A stretch of 63,378 bases of DNA, counting the filler, from Bigelowiella natans CCMP2755 (lineage: Eukaryota; Protista; Cercozoa), in NCBI GenBank assembly GCA_000320545.1. It is 4 parts of 4 records of this genome, joined end to end, with 100 filler letters (N's around TTAATTAATTAA, not from the genome) between each part and the next. Parts side by side here need not be neighbours in the genome. Positions count along the whole stretch, not along the records: positions 28,927 to 55,761 come from ADNK01000385.1; 3 more parts are not named here. One strand, given 5' to 3'. Positions within the stretch are counted from its first letter, which is position 1, and each line of letters starts with the position of its first letter. The notes under the pieces were generated by a model. It saw only the letters and a list, made by a program, of their open reading frames with translations. It was not told the origin of the DNA and made no database searches. This document shows, one piece after another, positions 37,181-51,166 of the stretch. The position numbers were made by a program, and so were the translations under genes.

Positions 37181-37433
37181 GGCTGGTAACTGCTTGCTTT
37201 ATGGATAGGGTTTTAACAGCTAAAAGAGAAGGAAAACGTGAGGTATTTTGGAACTACGACAATCAATGGGAACTGAGAAATGAACATGTTACCCGAGTCG
37301 TAGCGACATAAAAATGAAGGATTAAAATGGGAAAATGCATGTGACGCACGGCATATAAGATGAAAAAGGATGGCATTTTACAAGGAAGTAGAATGTGTCG
37401 CTGACAACCTTTCAATGTGCATTTCTTCTTCTC

Positions 37434-37830
37434 TCGATCTAGATCTAAAAAAATTCCAATTAGATCTAGATCTAGATCTAGATCTATTTGTCTTACCGGT
37501 AATTAATTGATACCATTACGGTACGGTACTCTGACTCTAGATCCAGACTTATGCATAATTGCAGGTCATTTGCCGTTACCGGCGTTTATGCGTTTTCTTC
37601 ATAGATCTACCGTACGAGCTCCTGTGTTCTTCTGAGGGCGAAAAACTTCTTTTTTTCCGAAAAACTACCGGTAGATCAAGATCCAGGCCTGGATCTTTTT
37701 GTGACCCATTTTTTCCTACAGTGTGCACATAACCCATGGTAACGCTCTTTTCGAAATCCGTACGTAGATCTACATGTACCTAGATCTAGATCTAGCTTGA
37801 TCTAGATCTACCTGTAGTCTGAAAGATCTA
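37434..37830. repeat. cluster of AGATCT palindromes / (AGATCT)n in a divergent promoter region
   Basis: About a dozen AGATCT copies, including a four-copy tandem at 37462-37485, between ATGs at 37180 (-) and 37919 (+). Confidence 0.8.
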
Positions 37831-37918
37831 ATAAAGCAAAAGTTGGTTATTTTTTCGGGATTATTGAAAAATAAAAAATCGCAACTTTGTCTGTCGAGGC
37901 TAGACGACGACATCACCA

Positions 37919-39729
37919 ATGCCCATCATGCCCCCACCCATCCCAAAAGAATTCCTGGTACTACTGCTGACGGTTTCAGCCTCAGCGAAGTATTCCTCGC
38001 TGTTTGACTGCCCACGAATCGACCCTCCGCCCATGGCAGAGAACGTTTCGGAGCTTCATCCCGCGCACGTCTCAATTGTGATGGCGGCAGGCGACTCGAT
38101 CACCGCTGCGTTCGCGGCACGAGGAACGCTTCTTGAGGCCAGGGACATCTCCTGGTCGATCGGTGTGGGTTCTAAGGATCAGATCACATTGCCATGGCTT
38201 CTTGCACAATACAGTCAGAAGGTGGAGGGAATGTCAACCAAGGCGAAACTACCGAAGGTGAGTCCAAGATTTGAACGCGCGGTTTCGTGTGTGTGCTTAA
38301 TACGTAAATCATGATCTCACAACCTCCCTCCCAATCGCTCGCTCGTGTTGGTTGTAAATCAGGGTGTGACCCATCTTCCGCACGGAGACTACCATGACGG
38401 TACGGACCACCTCAACGTTGCAGAATCTGAAGGGGCAGTGCATGACAACTCGCTGGTGGAGCAGTGGGGACTACTCTCATCGCATCTCAAGAAGTACGAT
38501 GACCTTGACAGCAGATGGAAGGTGCTCACAATCTGGATGACCGCCAACGACGTCTGCGGCAAGTGCGACGGTCCTCTTTCGGAGCAGTATCTGGCGGAAT
38601 GGGGTGGTGGCACCGAGCAGTTTATCGCGAACATCACCTCCATGACGAAGCGCGTGTACATTAATCTGGTAGAGAATGGGTGGGTGTTGGATGCGATGTT
38701 CCCACTATTTAAACCGAAGGGGGAGAGGAGGTTGTTGAAAATGATAAAGATTACTCATGCAAACCCTCGGTGGCCCGTCTCTCACCTAAATCACTTCCTA
38801 AATTATGTCCCAACCTTTTTTTCCCCTTTTCTACACATCTTTCCTGCCACTGCCAACAGATATCAACGCTGGATCTTTCGAGAGTCGCGTACCTGCAAAG
38901 GCAGCAAGCCTACTGCAAGTTTGAGCACCAGCATCTCCTGAACGAATGCGGTTGCATCGATAAGGGAAACGCGACGCAGCTTGCGCAAATGGATGAGAAC
39001 GTGCACACCATGAATACAGAGCTCCACAAGATCGCAGCGAAGTGGCAGCAGAAGTTTGCTGATCAAGGCCGCTCTGACGTTGCAATCGAAGTCCAGCCTT
39101 TCCAAGAGGGTTAGTATTGCCCCCCGTTAGTAGCACATCACCATCTTTCTCCCAAGCTTTTCTGTGGAAGCCGAGCTGTTAGTTGCACCTGACCTCTCCA
39201 CATTTATAAATGTATTCGGGTGGTATTCTGGGCGATCGAAAAACTGGAATCGAACAATGTTCTTCCATCTTTCCCGCGAGCCAGCGCATACCATCTTCTT
39301 GTTATGAAAGATGGTCGTCATTCTCTGTGCTGATTGTGCGCGTTTCCATCAAATATTGCAAACTTTCCTTTTGCCGTGTGATGTTATACTGAGTCTCTGA
39401 TCGTGGGCGTACAATATATAGGGCTTGGAGATACGCTTGACTTTGAGTTTTTAAGTGACCTCGACTGCTTCCACCCCTCGCATCACGCTCACCAAAGCTT
39501 AGCAATCGGCTTGTGGAACTCCATGCTCTGCACGGACGATCGTGCTCATCGTTGTGGAAGTCTCTTCTCAAAGGACATGAAGCCTGTTTGTCCGGATACA
39601 AACTCGCGCTTCTACACTGGTCCTGATGTCGTTCCTGTGATACCCCCAGCGGTGTCTGGCACAACGTACAGTGGCTCGCCCTCTGCCGCTGTTGCCCCTA
39701 ACACTGATGATGATGGCATCTTTGGTTGA
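37919..39729 (+). CDS. secreted GDSL/SGNH lipase, phospholipase B1-like
   Basis: Signal-like N-terminus; 'VMAAGDSITAAF' block I; 'LNVAESEGA'; 'WKVLTIWMTANDVC'; 'DCFHPS' (DxxH). Four exons at about 37919-38257, 38363-38669, 38860-39110 and 39422-39729. Confidence 0.9.
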
Positions 39730-40626
39730 AGAGAGATCGTTCTCAGAAATGAAAAAGTTCCGATGGCCGATGTCAGGGCGGGGGGGAGGCAGGAAAGCGA
39801 TGCTTTGAAATGGAAGGAGAGGCATGATGTTCATAGCGTGCACTTCATGGCAACCTCATATGCGTGCGTGTGTGCGTGCTAGTAGTCATTTATGGATGGT
39901 TAGGGGCGCACGCCTTTGCACGACACGTTTGGCAAATGATACTGTATGTGTGTGTCATGCACAGAAATATATAATCGTGAATAAATAACAAGAACTCGCA
40001 CTGTGGTACGTGTACAGGTCCACAGAGGTCGGTGTATTGTATGACGACTTACAAGATTATGCATGCGCACATTGTAAGTCTTCCCATACTATACTGCACA
40101 AAGAGGGAGAGGACAACGAGCAAGCGCAGTCATGTACGTGTAGCGCTACCTGTGCAGCATGTATACGTGTACACTTCTAGACTTGTCTATTTGTGCGTGT
40201 GTTGCGTATACACGTAAGACGGGTAATCAATTGAATTAAATTTGTTCAATGGCCATCCTCAACTAGTCAACTAGTCTCCTGTAGCTGTGCACAATGCAGC
40301 GGCTACAGCGCTAATGTTGAATTTGTTGGTCTCCGCTGTGATGTGTCGCGTACGATACGTGTACGTCTAGTTACCCAGCATAGGATTGCTCATTTGCAGT
40401 CGCTCTTTTGCGCTTTATAGCTGCACCGGCCGCCTGCCGTCAGCCGTCCTATGCAACGTAAGCGGTACAAGCTTGCTACTGACAGCAGTACACGAGCTAG
40501 CAAGTGGTAGCTCACCCAGCTCATGTGGCACATGCAGCGCAGAATGTGCATTTGTGTGGCTGGCGGAGGCTCAGATCTAGACAGAGGCTAGCAGCAGAGC
40601 GCAAGGAGGAGAGCGAGATGGGAGAA

Positions 40627-40674
<48 letters not shown>

Positions 40675-41033
40675 GAGATTAGAGAGCGCTCTAGTGTAAA
40701 TTCAAATTGCGAGCATGTCGCGGCGCAATAATGACATAACACTAGTGCAATGCGGCCATGCTGCTAGCGCCTGTCTAGCTGTGTTTGGCCGCGTGAGTGC
40801 CATCATTTATCTGCTTAGGCAAATAGCCACAGGATTCATATCTTAAGATATGCACAAATGCTTTCACGCATAGCATTGCATGCATAATGCGCATATTGTA
40901 AACGCATAGCACACAACGCAGCTTACAACATAGCTTTCTAGAATTTTCGTAGCTAACTCCAGAATCGAAAATGTGCAAACTAACAATGCATGCAGCAGGG
41001 ATGCACAGTGTACAACCAAATTCGCCGGACTTC

Positions 41034-42217
41034 CTAATTTATTTGCGCCTTGGAGAAATCCATTTCAGGGTGCTGAGCCATGAACGCTTCCATCGCCTAA
41101 GAGTATGAGCAGAAAATAGCGTCTGTGTCTTCAAGTCATGTACACGGAAGACGGTCGGGTGCGGTATATATCATATGTCAGGTGAGCAGTAAATAACCTT
41201 CCTCTTCTGGAGGTCTTCGTCAGTGGGAATGCCCTTCTCTTTCATCTTTTGCTTCCACATCACCTTTTCGACCTGAGATGGCGAGTAGGACACAGCAGGG
41301 TCACGCTCGCACGCACGCACGCACACACACGAAAACATCCTCTCTACAGGGGGTCTCGACTGTACTGAAAACACCCATATTATTTGGACTAACGTCTCGC
41401 ACGGAGAACATAAATTGCGTTATCTAGACGGATTCTCTGCTGCCGTAACGCGCACTGGCCACGCGTCAGATAACACTCCGTGAGTATGCCTACCTCCATC
41501 TTCATGCTGTCATCAAGATCCCCCATGCGTGACTCGGTTGGCACGCACTTGCGCGTGTTGATGTTGTGGGGGTCTTCCTTGAGCACGCGCGACCACCACT
41601 CTTGGCCATGAAGCTGTATGAGGAGAAGAAGATAGAAGAAGAAGCAGAAGAAGCAGAAGAAGAAGAAGGGGATAGAAGGGAACGGTAGGGTGGAGGCTAA
41701 GTTATGTGACGTAGTCTAGGGAAAAACACATCTAGAGAAATAGACTGACGTCTATCTCGATGCTGCTGTCTCTTTACTGCATGTCCTCTCCTTCTCAGCC
41801 CACCCCCCCTTTCTCCTCCCCCCGCTTCTCACGCTTCCCCCTTCTCATCGCAAGCCAAAACCTTGGACAGAGTGATGTGTAGCATATGGCCATCCTCTAT
41901 GCTCCAGAACGTGTCTCCCGACTGATCGTAGCAGCGACGCACGGGGGGGGAGGGGGAGGAGGGAGGAGTTAATGGTCACACCCACCTTACCATCGATCGG
42001 TGTCTCTCTCCTCCTCCTCCCAATGACACTCTCAAAATGCTAGATAGGGGTGAAGCTATTTGCTGGTGGGATTGCTGCCGCCCCACCGTACTCTACGATA
42101 TGAAGATGACGACTTCAACGGCATGTGTATCTGCCTATGCGTGCATCGTCGTCGCCATTCTCCTGTTGCATTGTGCGTGTCGATGGCAGACCGTGCGTAT
42201 ACGAGTGTAGAGACAAG

Positions 42218-42259
<42 letters not shown>

Positions 42260-44311
42260 GCATGCACGCACACACTAACACACCACACCTTCACTGGTTG
42301 ATAAAGGGTGCCGTTGATCATGAGACTTTCTCCTTTCAGTCCAATCTTTTCCAGCGCAGCGAATAGTAACAGAAGCAAGAGTAGCAGCAGTATTGTTATT
42401 GAATTATTATTATTAGTAGTAGTAGGAGTCGGAGAAGGAGGAGGAGGAGGAGGAGGAGGAGTGTCGACGATAGCAATTTACTATTTTTTCAAAGATTGGC
42501 AGTATTGTGTAAGCTCATCCCATACTTATCATCATCATCATCATCATCAGACGTATATCCGCACTGCCCGCACGAATAAAACAAACAAAGAGGGGAGGAG
42601 GGGGAATAGGATATAGCCGCAAAGACCTGCAGCTCGTAAGGAGTACTGTGTACTGTAAGGTCCTTAGAGCCCGTTCCTTTCTATTTGGGGAGGGGGGGGG
42701 AGAATGCGGAGAAGATTCAGTCAGGTAGTATCGACACACAGCTGCAGTGCATGTACAGTGTTCACCAGTACTACTATTGCGACTACTACATGTCGCAACT
42801 ATTAAAATTCAAGAGCAACAGCTGTTATTAATATAATTGCTGCTGCTGCTGCTGCTGCTGCTGCCATAGTTCTCGTCGATACTACTTAAGTTTGAGAACC
42901 CACCGGAAGATCGACGAAAAGCTCCAGCTCTTCCGTGCTCTGTCCCCACCGGCACGGGAACCTGCCCAATGTTGCAGCAACAACAATCGGATCTCGCAGC
43001 TACCAACTGGCGACAACAATTTGAGAGTTGCAGCGAAACACGCCCATGCATGCAGAAGCGCATAGCACGAGGACGGCGAAGACATACGACAAGTTCGATC
43101 ATGAAGATTGCCTCTTTGAGGATGCAAGCTGTGCTTTGTTGATGTTGTTGTCGCTGCGGCTGCTGATGTATCGTAGGAAAAATGAAAAGGAGGAATGGAA
43201 AGAACACTCACCCCCCAACAGCAGCGCCACCGTTTATATCATTTGGGTTCAACTTGGCGCGGGCGTCATCGTCCTCATCTGCTTCTGCTGCTCGGTCAGG
43301 GTCTTCCTCCTCTGGCAGCGGCTACAAAGGGTACAGGAGAGAATATAAAAGATGCGGGGGTGGGGGATTAGAAGATAAATGGCTCAGAATAAGCGAAGGT
43401 CATATATTTTTGAGGGGGGAAGATAAAGAAATCCATTTTTTGTTTCATCAACAGAACGACATGCTAACCTTCTTCCTCCGTCCCTTCGGGAGCTTATTTG
43501 GATCGTCGAGAACTTTTGGAGGGGCCTCGAATTTCTTTGAGGATTTTGCCTCTTCCTTCTGAACTATGGGATTGGGTTTACAATGATTTATATTTGTTAT
43601 TCCTGCGATTTATCATCCCCCCACGCCCCCTACACACCCCACACCAATAGCAACTGGACTGTCCATAACGTTCTGTTTTCACGCGGCAATGAAAGACGTA
43701 ATTTGTGGATTCCTCACAATTTGAAATTTTGCCGACGCATTAATTGTGTTAAAGTTTCTGAGCACGCCACATACTTCTGAGAACATCGTCTTCGAGCGCA
43801 CGTATTTCCTGCTGCAGCGCCATTATCGTGGTCTTCACCGCCCGGATTCGCTCCTTTTTCTTTTCAACTGGGAATTGTGTACAGTTATGATTTAATATTA
43901 AAAACGAAAGACATATTCATCCAAAATAAAAAATATGACCAGCAAAACGTAGGGTGGGGAGGTGGGCAATGGTGCGTCAGCAGGTGTGAAGAAATGATGT
44001 AGCTTCTTACGCTGCTTCTTCCGATCCTCAATTGCTTGCTTTTCCTTCGCCATCTCCTCTTTCTCGTCATAGTCGTCGTCGAGGACCTCGATCTCGCCGC
44101 CGCCCCTAAGATTCAGGAGACATCGTCGAAGATCGTGCATCATCAACACGGTTGAGGAGGAGGGGGAGGAGGAGGAGGATAGTCCGTGTGGCGATGATGA
44201 AATGACACGCCTTGTCCTAGATCGATCATAATGTGTCCCGAGGCTACTCAATAATATCCCCACGAAGACGAGGGTGAAACCCGCTGCCACGGTCTTCTTG
44301 CGAGCCTGCAT
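41034..44311 (-). CDS. NudC-family (CS/p23 domain) co-chaperone with N-terminal signal + transit-like extension
   Basis: Exons give 'IGLKGESLMINGTLYQPVK', 'DTFWSIEDGHMLHITLSK', 'EWWSRVLKEDPHNINTRKCVPTESRMGDLDDSMKME', 'VEKVMWKQKMKEKGIPTDEDLQKRK' and 'AMEAFMAQHPEMDFSKAQIN*', the last being the hallmark NudC C-terminus. Confidence 0.9.
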
Positions 44312-45723
44312 CGTCGTCTACAGGGTCACCATTCCCGGTTCTTCCGAGAACAGCAAAATGGGGGGTAATTAGATGGTGCGACATCGAAAAGTACATTCCT
44401 TCAACGGCAGCAGCGGCGATTGACAATCCATTTTTTCACGCACGCGACATCTGGTCTTTGGCCGCAGAGGTTCCCCGATGTCCCCCTCCTCTCCCCCCAT
44501 CTAGCCCTACTTCGAAAATGTTTGACTGATTCCACGTCTGAGTGTTCCTACATGAGTCTTCTTCGGATTTGTTTTTCCCCAAGTAGATCAGGTTTGTCAG
44601 CAGTGCTTTGCACACCTTCTAGCTTGGTGTCAGTGTCGAAGTGAACAGGAACGAACCAATCAATCAACCTGGATTTGGACCTGGACACCTGCTTCCAATT
44701 GCAGCAATGGCGGCTTTGAGTGAGTTGACACTTCTCATGACCCTTTCAGCCATGCTAGCATGCCAATGAAATCACATCATCGTTCATTCATGCTTCAAAC
44801 AAACAAGTGGAAAGCTTGTTTGCGAGGAGTGCCACAGCACAGCTGGACAGGTCCTCTCTGTGCACTGAACAACGTGACAACATGAACCTGACCATTGACA
44901 GGATTTCAATTGATCTCTGATTGGCGCATTTGACTTGCGTTCTCACGAACGAAACAAGTTCACACGCTGGACTAGTGGAAATGTGACACGCCAGCGTGAT
45001 TTCCATTTGTGCAGATGTGCTTTGTCTGGTTGTTGTGGCGGGCTAGCGGGTGTCAGGCAAGCAGGCACATGAGGAGCATCGCTCCAGACTGGTGGCCATG
45101 CCAGCAGCTGGCATGCGGCGCCATGAACAGCACATCCAGAGATCGTCGGAGGCGCCACACCATCGATCACGATGCGCGCATCTGATGACAGTCTAGCTAG
45201 CTAGCAGTCTAACAGTCTAGCAGTCGTCTAGCAGTCCTAGAGTGTGCACGCGCCCCTGCTAGTCACCTAGCTAGCTAGCTAGCTAGCCTACATGTCTATG
45301 CATGCGAGCTGTGCAGCTTGACATGGCTAGCTTGCAGATTGAACATCGCAGACATCTGTCTGTCTAGCTGTCTAGACACAGCGAGTAACCCTCAGCACTG
45401 CCATCATGCTAGACTAGATTGGAAGCGCTGACACCGACAAAATGCTGCTGTTACATGATCAAAATGCAAGCAGCAAGGAACTGTGCCATGTGGCGCATGG
45501 GCGAACTCAACACGCGCTTGACAAGCAACAGGAAATTGGCCTTGGTCACACGCTAGCTACAACTAGAACATGCTGTGTCTACAGTCGCCATGCACGCTCG
45601 TGTTCACTGCTAGACTATGTGCGTAATAGTGACTTCCTACTGTGCACACCTGTTTCATACGAACGCAAGCAGCATGGATGCTCTTACCAACTGCTACTGC
45701 GATGCTACTGTCCACCACAGCGT

Positions 45724-47283
45724 TCATGGAATGTTTTGCTGCACGCTGTTGAATTGTTGCCGCTGCTCTGAAATTCTGTGGCAGTTGACTTTGTGGCTGT
45801 CCCACGATACGACCTGGAATGAGTATGCAATTGTCACGAATCAAACTGTTGTTACAGATATTCTAGGATTAGACATTGACTTATTGCCAAATCAATTTAC
45901 ATGTTTGTGCACGGAATGTGCCATGTTTGATTTACTGTACACATTGCATAAAAATGCACACATATCACGACTATCACGTGATATACAATATCTCTGCTGA
46001 GTGAATACCTGGCACAAACGACTACAGTATCTCTCGGTGTAGCAACGCGAGCACATTCTGAGCGGTAAACGAGGGCCATCGTTTAAAAGAGACCTACTAC
46101 GTCCGCATCCAGTGCTACACCACGTCCGGCGTGTCCTATTTTGCATGAAGAACTCAGTCATGTAGCTATAGATAGAGGCCTTCTGCTGCTTTTGGAACAC
46201 TTCGACTACGGGGGAGATTAGAAAGTAGCAAAAGACGGGTAAAATGAGTTGGAACGTGGGGTATTGAGGGAGACTCCTGTCGTGCTATTTAGGGATTAAA
46301 TTGTGAATCCTTGATTCTATTGCTCTCCTTAAGTCAATAAGTGTCATCATACTTTTCCTTTCGTACTTACTAGGGTTCATCTTCGTCTCGTTGATAATTT
46401 TATCGACATGACGATGGCCTTGCTCGATAGATGAAGGCATATGGCCCAAGAAAGACGCGCGCTTGAGAAGCCGTGTGAAGAGAGCTTCGAGATTAGAAGA
46501 GGGCGACGTAAAGTAAGTAAAAATAATGTGCGCGCATACAAACATACACACATTTACATTTGTTACATATCCATTACATATTATTTTTGTGTCCGTGCAT
46601 GGGAGATAAGTGATGCATATTTGCAGGGAAATAGCATGATGTTTCTTAATCTACATCCCGCGAGCAATGGGTATCGATAATTCGGGCTGTGTTAACTTTG
46701 TTGTATCGAGCCGTGACACTTCTTCAAAGGACGACATACCTGGGTTGCACTTTCTGAGGATAAGAGCCGCATCGTAGATGCTATCAAGATGACCTCTTTT
46801 AGCCGCTTCCAGCAGCATCTTGATTCCGTGACGCTTCTCATTTTCAGAGCAGAAGTAAATGGCCATACCTAGGAAGTGGGTTGCTGATGGATTCCCGCAT
46901 TGAGAGTAGGGTAGCAAAATCTTCTTCAACCATTCTAGGCCAGGAGGATGGCTGCAAGCCCAGAATCTACTTCTGAAGACGACCTTACTACGGAAGCGAG
47001 GCTCATTAACGAGGTGGTGGAACGTTTTAGAGATCAGCATCAGCCTAGAGATATCGTTATAATCTAACAGGAACTCGACGATACGCTCCAGGTGAGGCAG
47101 CGGGAGCAACAGAAATCTGCATCTCGTATTAGTACGCTGCTGCTTTGTTCGATCCCCAGGATGGTAAAGCTGATTCGAGCTGTATGGGACCCATTTATCA
47201 TTGTCACTGCTGCTATCACCATCACTGCTCCTTCCAGTGGCAATGCGTCTGCGCTTGTGACCAGGAGATCGCTTCAAGCACAT
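45724..47283 (-). CDS. F-box / Sel1-like / MYND zinc-finger protein
   Basis: F-box-like 'LLLPLPHLERIVEFLLDYNDISRLMLISKTF'; Sel1-like 'GNPSATHFLGM...LLEAAKRGHLDSIY'; MYND 'CSRCYTERYCSRLCQ|VVSWDSHKVNC'. Confidence 0.82.
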
Positions 47284-49792
47284 TAACCGGAACAAAGCGA
47301 GGCCTGAGAGGTAGGAGTGGACACTGATGTTTCGAAATTTAGGTCGGTGGTGGTGAATAATATTGTTGTAACAATGGGATTTTTCGCTTATGGTAAAACA
47401 CCCAGTCACTGCTGACAAATTTTAGCCTCGATTTTCTGATAGTTTTACTTCCGAAATGTTCGAATTAGAACTTACTGTACTCTCAGGCGTGTATTCATCG
47501 ACACCATGCACAGAAGTTAACTGGTCTGGAAATAGGCATGTTGCATTTTCGTTTAATGGCAGGATCCTACCCACCTATTTCTGCGCTAATCCTGCTCTAA
47601 AAGTCCCTAATACGTCCTCAAATTCACCAGTGAAAAAGTCCCCGTTGCTGTTTGTGAACACGTGCCGAGTGACAAGAAGGTGGGTAGATCCATGTAACTG
47701 TAGCACGATGGAGCAACCCACTTTGGCCGTGGGTGAAAACTACTTTCCCTGCCTTCGATGGACGGACTAGACGGCTGGATCCTTTCTTCGCTTCACTGTG
47801 TGCGTCTGTGTACCCCCCTTGTGCGACGAAGAGAATGCCCAAAACGCAGGAGGTTTTCCCCTTAAATCAGCTTCTCCAGGCTCTTTTTCCATGTTCAGCC
47901 GCACGAGAAAAGTTGAGTTGCTCCTGCAAAAGGGGACGGAATTTGAAGATAACTTCCGAGATCTCCACGTCGCTCTTACGAAAAGGAAATCTTGGCCTGG
48001 ATGTGCGGATCAATTTTTGCGAATTCTAGTGTGTTCTCAAACGACGACAGGCGCTCGATCGTTGTTTTCACATGTACGTAACATGGGCAGGAAAGTGCTT
48101 TCACTTTTTACTCGTAGATCTAGTAGATGCTGCTCACAGTTGTCTGCTCCCGTTCTTTTCTTCTTTCTCGGTCTTTTCCCTTCTCGGCATTTCGGCGTTA
48201 GACGAATTAAATTGTCGGCCGTCACCTGGCTCGGCGGAGTGCACACTTCCAAACGGTTTAGCCACCCTCCACGCACTGATAACTAAAAATGTACACACAC
48301 TACTCTCTGATGATTAATGACTTGGTCCGTGTTCTTGAATGGGATTAAGACCCCCGCAAAAAATGTAATCAACCTCAAGTCTCTGAGTTTTTCCTTTCTT
48401 CTCTCACTGGAAAGGTATTGTGGTGGTGTTGACATGTTATGTTTCCTGCTGTTCAGGTCTCAGTTTGTTTCGGCAAAGTGAACGGCGAGCAAAGGTCCCT
48501 TAAGAGATCAAACAGATTCATTTTTTTGGCAAATGACGAAAACCAGTGGTTTGGACTAGAGTCTCTGAATATTCCAAAATTCCATGTTGATTCTCCCCTT
48601 GGCTGTCCGATGCAACGTTAACATTATAGATTTCCCAAAATTTTGTGAGAACGTGCTTCTATCAAACTAACGCATTTTTTTTGTATTTATAAACTAGATC
48701 GATCCATGAGTGGTACGTTCGAAGAGGTAACCCCCCCCTCCCCCCCCCCAGCACTGCAGGTGTGTAGAATACGCGGATAGATCTGCTTGCAAATCTGGAT
48801 CTATGCATGCAATTCACGCATTGCTTGACTTTTGTAATAGAAAAGGTTACTTGTTGCAATATTTTTTCTCAATAAAATGCTCATCTTCCAACCCATGCCA
48901 TGACTTTAGCAATAGCTAGCGTGTAGAGCGTGTGCGCTGTCACATCCACAGATCTAGCTGCTTGCTTGTTAGAGATGTTGCGCTCGTACATGTAATGATG
49001 GCTTGCTGCTGTCTATATCTGCTAGTCTGTGTGTGTCTGTCACACCTAGCTAGCTGCTGCTAGACACGCTAGCACGCACTGCTAGACTGGCACCGTCATG
49101 CTATGTGTAGCATGCGATTACGCAAGCAAATAAGAACTACGCACAGCGCAGTCACAACAAAGCTCGCGTCTTGCTAGCTTGTGTTGTGCCTGACTTTGCG
49201 AATGCCTACATGTAGAATGAAACAAATGCATGCTGGCATGCGGGTATCTTTGTGCTATATATGCTAAAGGTGGTCTCTCGGTGATCATGCGCAGTTACAA
49301 ATTGTAAAATTCATGCAAGTTCTTACATTCTAGTAGTTCTGCGCGAGACGGGTACAATCTAGCATTGAATGAATTGAAATTTTCAATAATGCTGCTGCTC
49401 ACCCCAATGCATGTAGCTATGGAAGCCCGGCTGCCAGTTTTGCCATCTACAGCGAGTTGCGATGTACAATTCTAGCATTCGCTGTGTGTAACCGTGCATG
49501 CATGCACGGCTGCGGGCTTGGCAACTTGCCTAGTGGGCATCATTTGCAACTTGTGTGTTGCGTGCATGCAGTGTTATTGACTAGACTGTAAATGAGACGG
49601 ATTTGTCGCATGGGAATGAATGCAGCTTTCAATAATCATCCTAATGTAGCGATGCAAAGCTGTGTTTGCATGCAGCTGTGCACAGTTTACATCATGTAGC
49701 CACACATGCTAGCACGTCATAAACGTTATGTCTACTGTGAGATGTTGTGGACAATCTGGTAACAATGTGCACATCAGAGCATTATATCATCG

Positions 49793-50768
49793 TCAATTGT
49801 TATTAGGTCTACGACTAAGTGGCTGCTTTCGCCCACCCGGCGTTGCAGCTACTGTGGTGTCATCACTATCCTGGGATCTCATGTTAAGAAGCATAGAAGT
49901 ACGGGGAAATGGTACATCTACGAGCCGGAGCGCTGAGAATGTATCGCTGTCTGGTTTGGCCTCCAGCCGGTGCATCGATATGATGATTTCCTCCACGGCT
50001 TCCGCATGCGCCATTGCATCATCTAGTGCCTTGGCGGAGACGAGAAGTCGATTGAATGACTCAACGCTCATGCCCGCCATCCCCGGGCCAAAGACCAAGC
50101 CTGCTATGTCCCGGACATATTGGAAGCCCAACCGCTTCACCATGGGGCGCGGGGCCTGCATCTTTCCCCCCACAAGAACCCTAGGCCGATTCGACGGCGT
50201 AGCTGCTTTGAAGGCGTGGTTGCGAGCGCTCACCGTGAGCCACGCCGCGTGCTGCCTGCCAGTACCAACGACATCATTGGTGGTGCTGCTGCTCTCAGCA
50301 ATCTCCAGCTTGAGGTGCCCCATCTCTACCATTTCCTGCAACACACCGCCGACGCGCTTGTCCACGCCAAAGGCTCCATCGAGCGCGGCGGCGCGCAAGA
50401 GGTGGCGGTAGTCATTCGCGCTGACTCGGTACGAAGCGCGCTTTGCCTCAAGAAATGATCGGGTAGAGCCGAAATCCCCAACCCTGGCATACAGCTCGAG
50501 GATCAGGGAGTAAAGCTCGCCGTCGGGGGAGAGACCGCCCTTGTGCAGCATTTCTAGGGCCTCGTTGCCGAAGTCGAGGTAGATGATGTGGTCGCGTCGG
50601 AGAATCGTGCGCAGAACCATGATGCACAGGCTGCGCGTCATCGGGACTTTGTACGTTTTCATGTCTTGGAGCAGGCCTGGGCGAATCAATCGGAATAAAA
50701 ATATGCTCAGCAATGTTGTAGCAGGAGTCGTTGATCATTGTTGGTGGGCAACGGGATGATGCACGACT

Positions 50769-50812
<44 letters not shown>

Positions 50813-51130
50813 AACCAGATTGTCAAAGGTGTTGCAATTCCTACCTCCTAAGGCATTTGGAGTGCCTCTATTGCAAAGGAGTCGTAGATACGCCGAAAAG
50901 CACGCTATGTCTGGTTGTAAACCCAATCCGACCATTCGTTTATAGGTGCTCACGAGTTGCTGGAACTGTCCCTTGCCCGCATACTGGCGCATCAGCGAAG
51001 AGTACACTTGAACGGAAGGCTTCATGCTTACGCTATCATTCCCGTCTGTTTCCTCCCCTCCCCCCTCTTTTCCCTTTTCCCTCTGCTGCTGCACCTTGGT
51101 GACAACATCGAAAGAGGAGGATGCCGTATC

Positions 51131-51166
<36 letters not shown>

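Noticed and set aside
47450-48620. Short ORFs between the F-box and PPR genes
   Set aside because: No domain, splice pattern or RNA structure that I could support.
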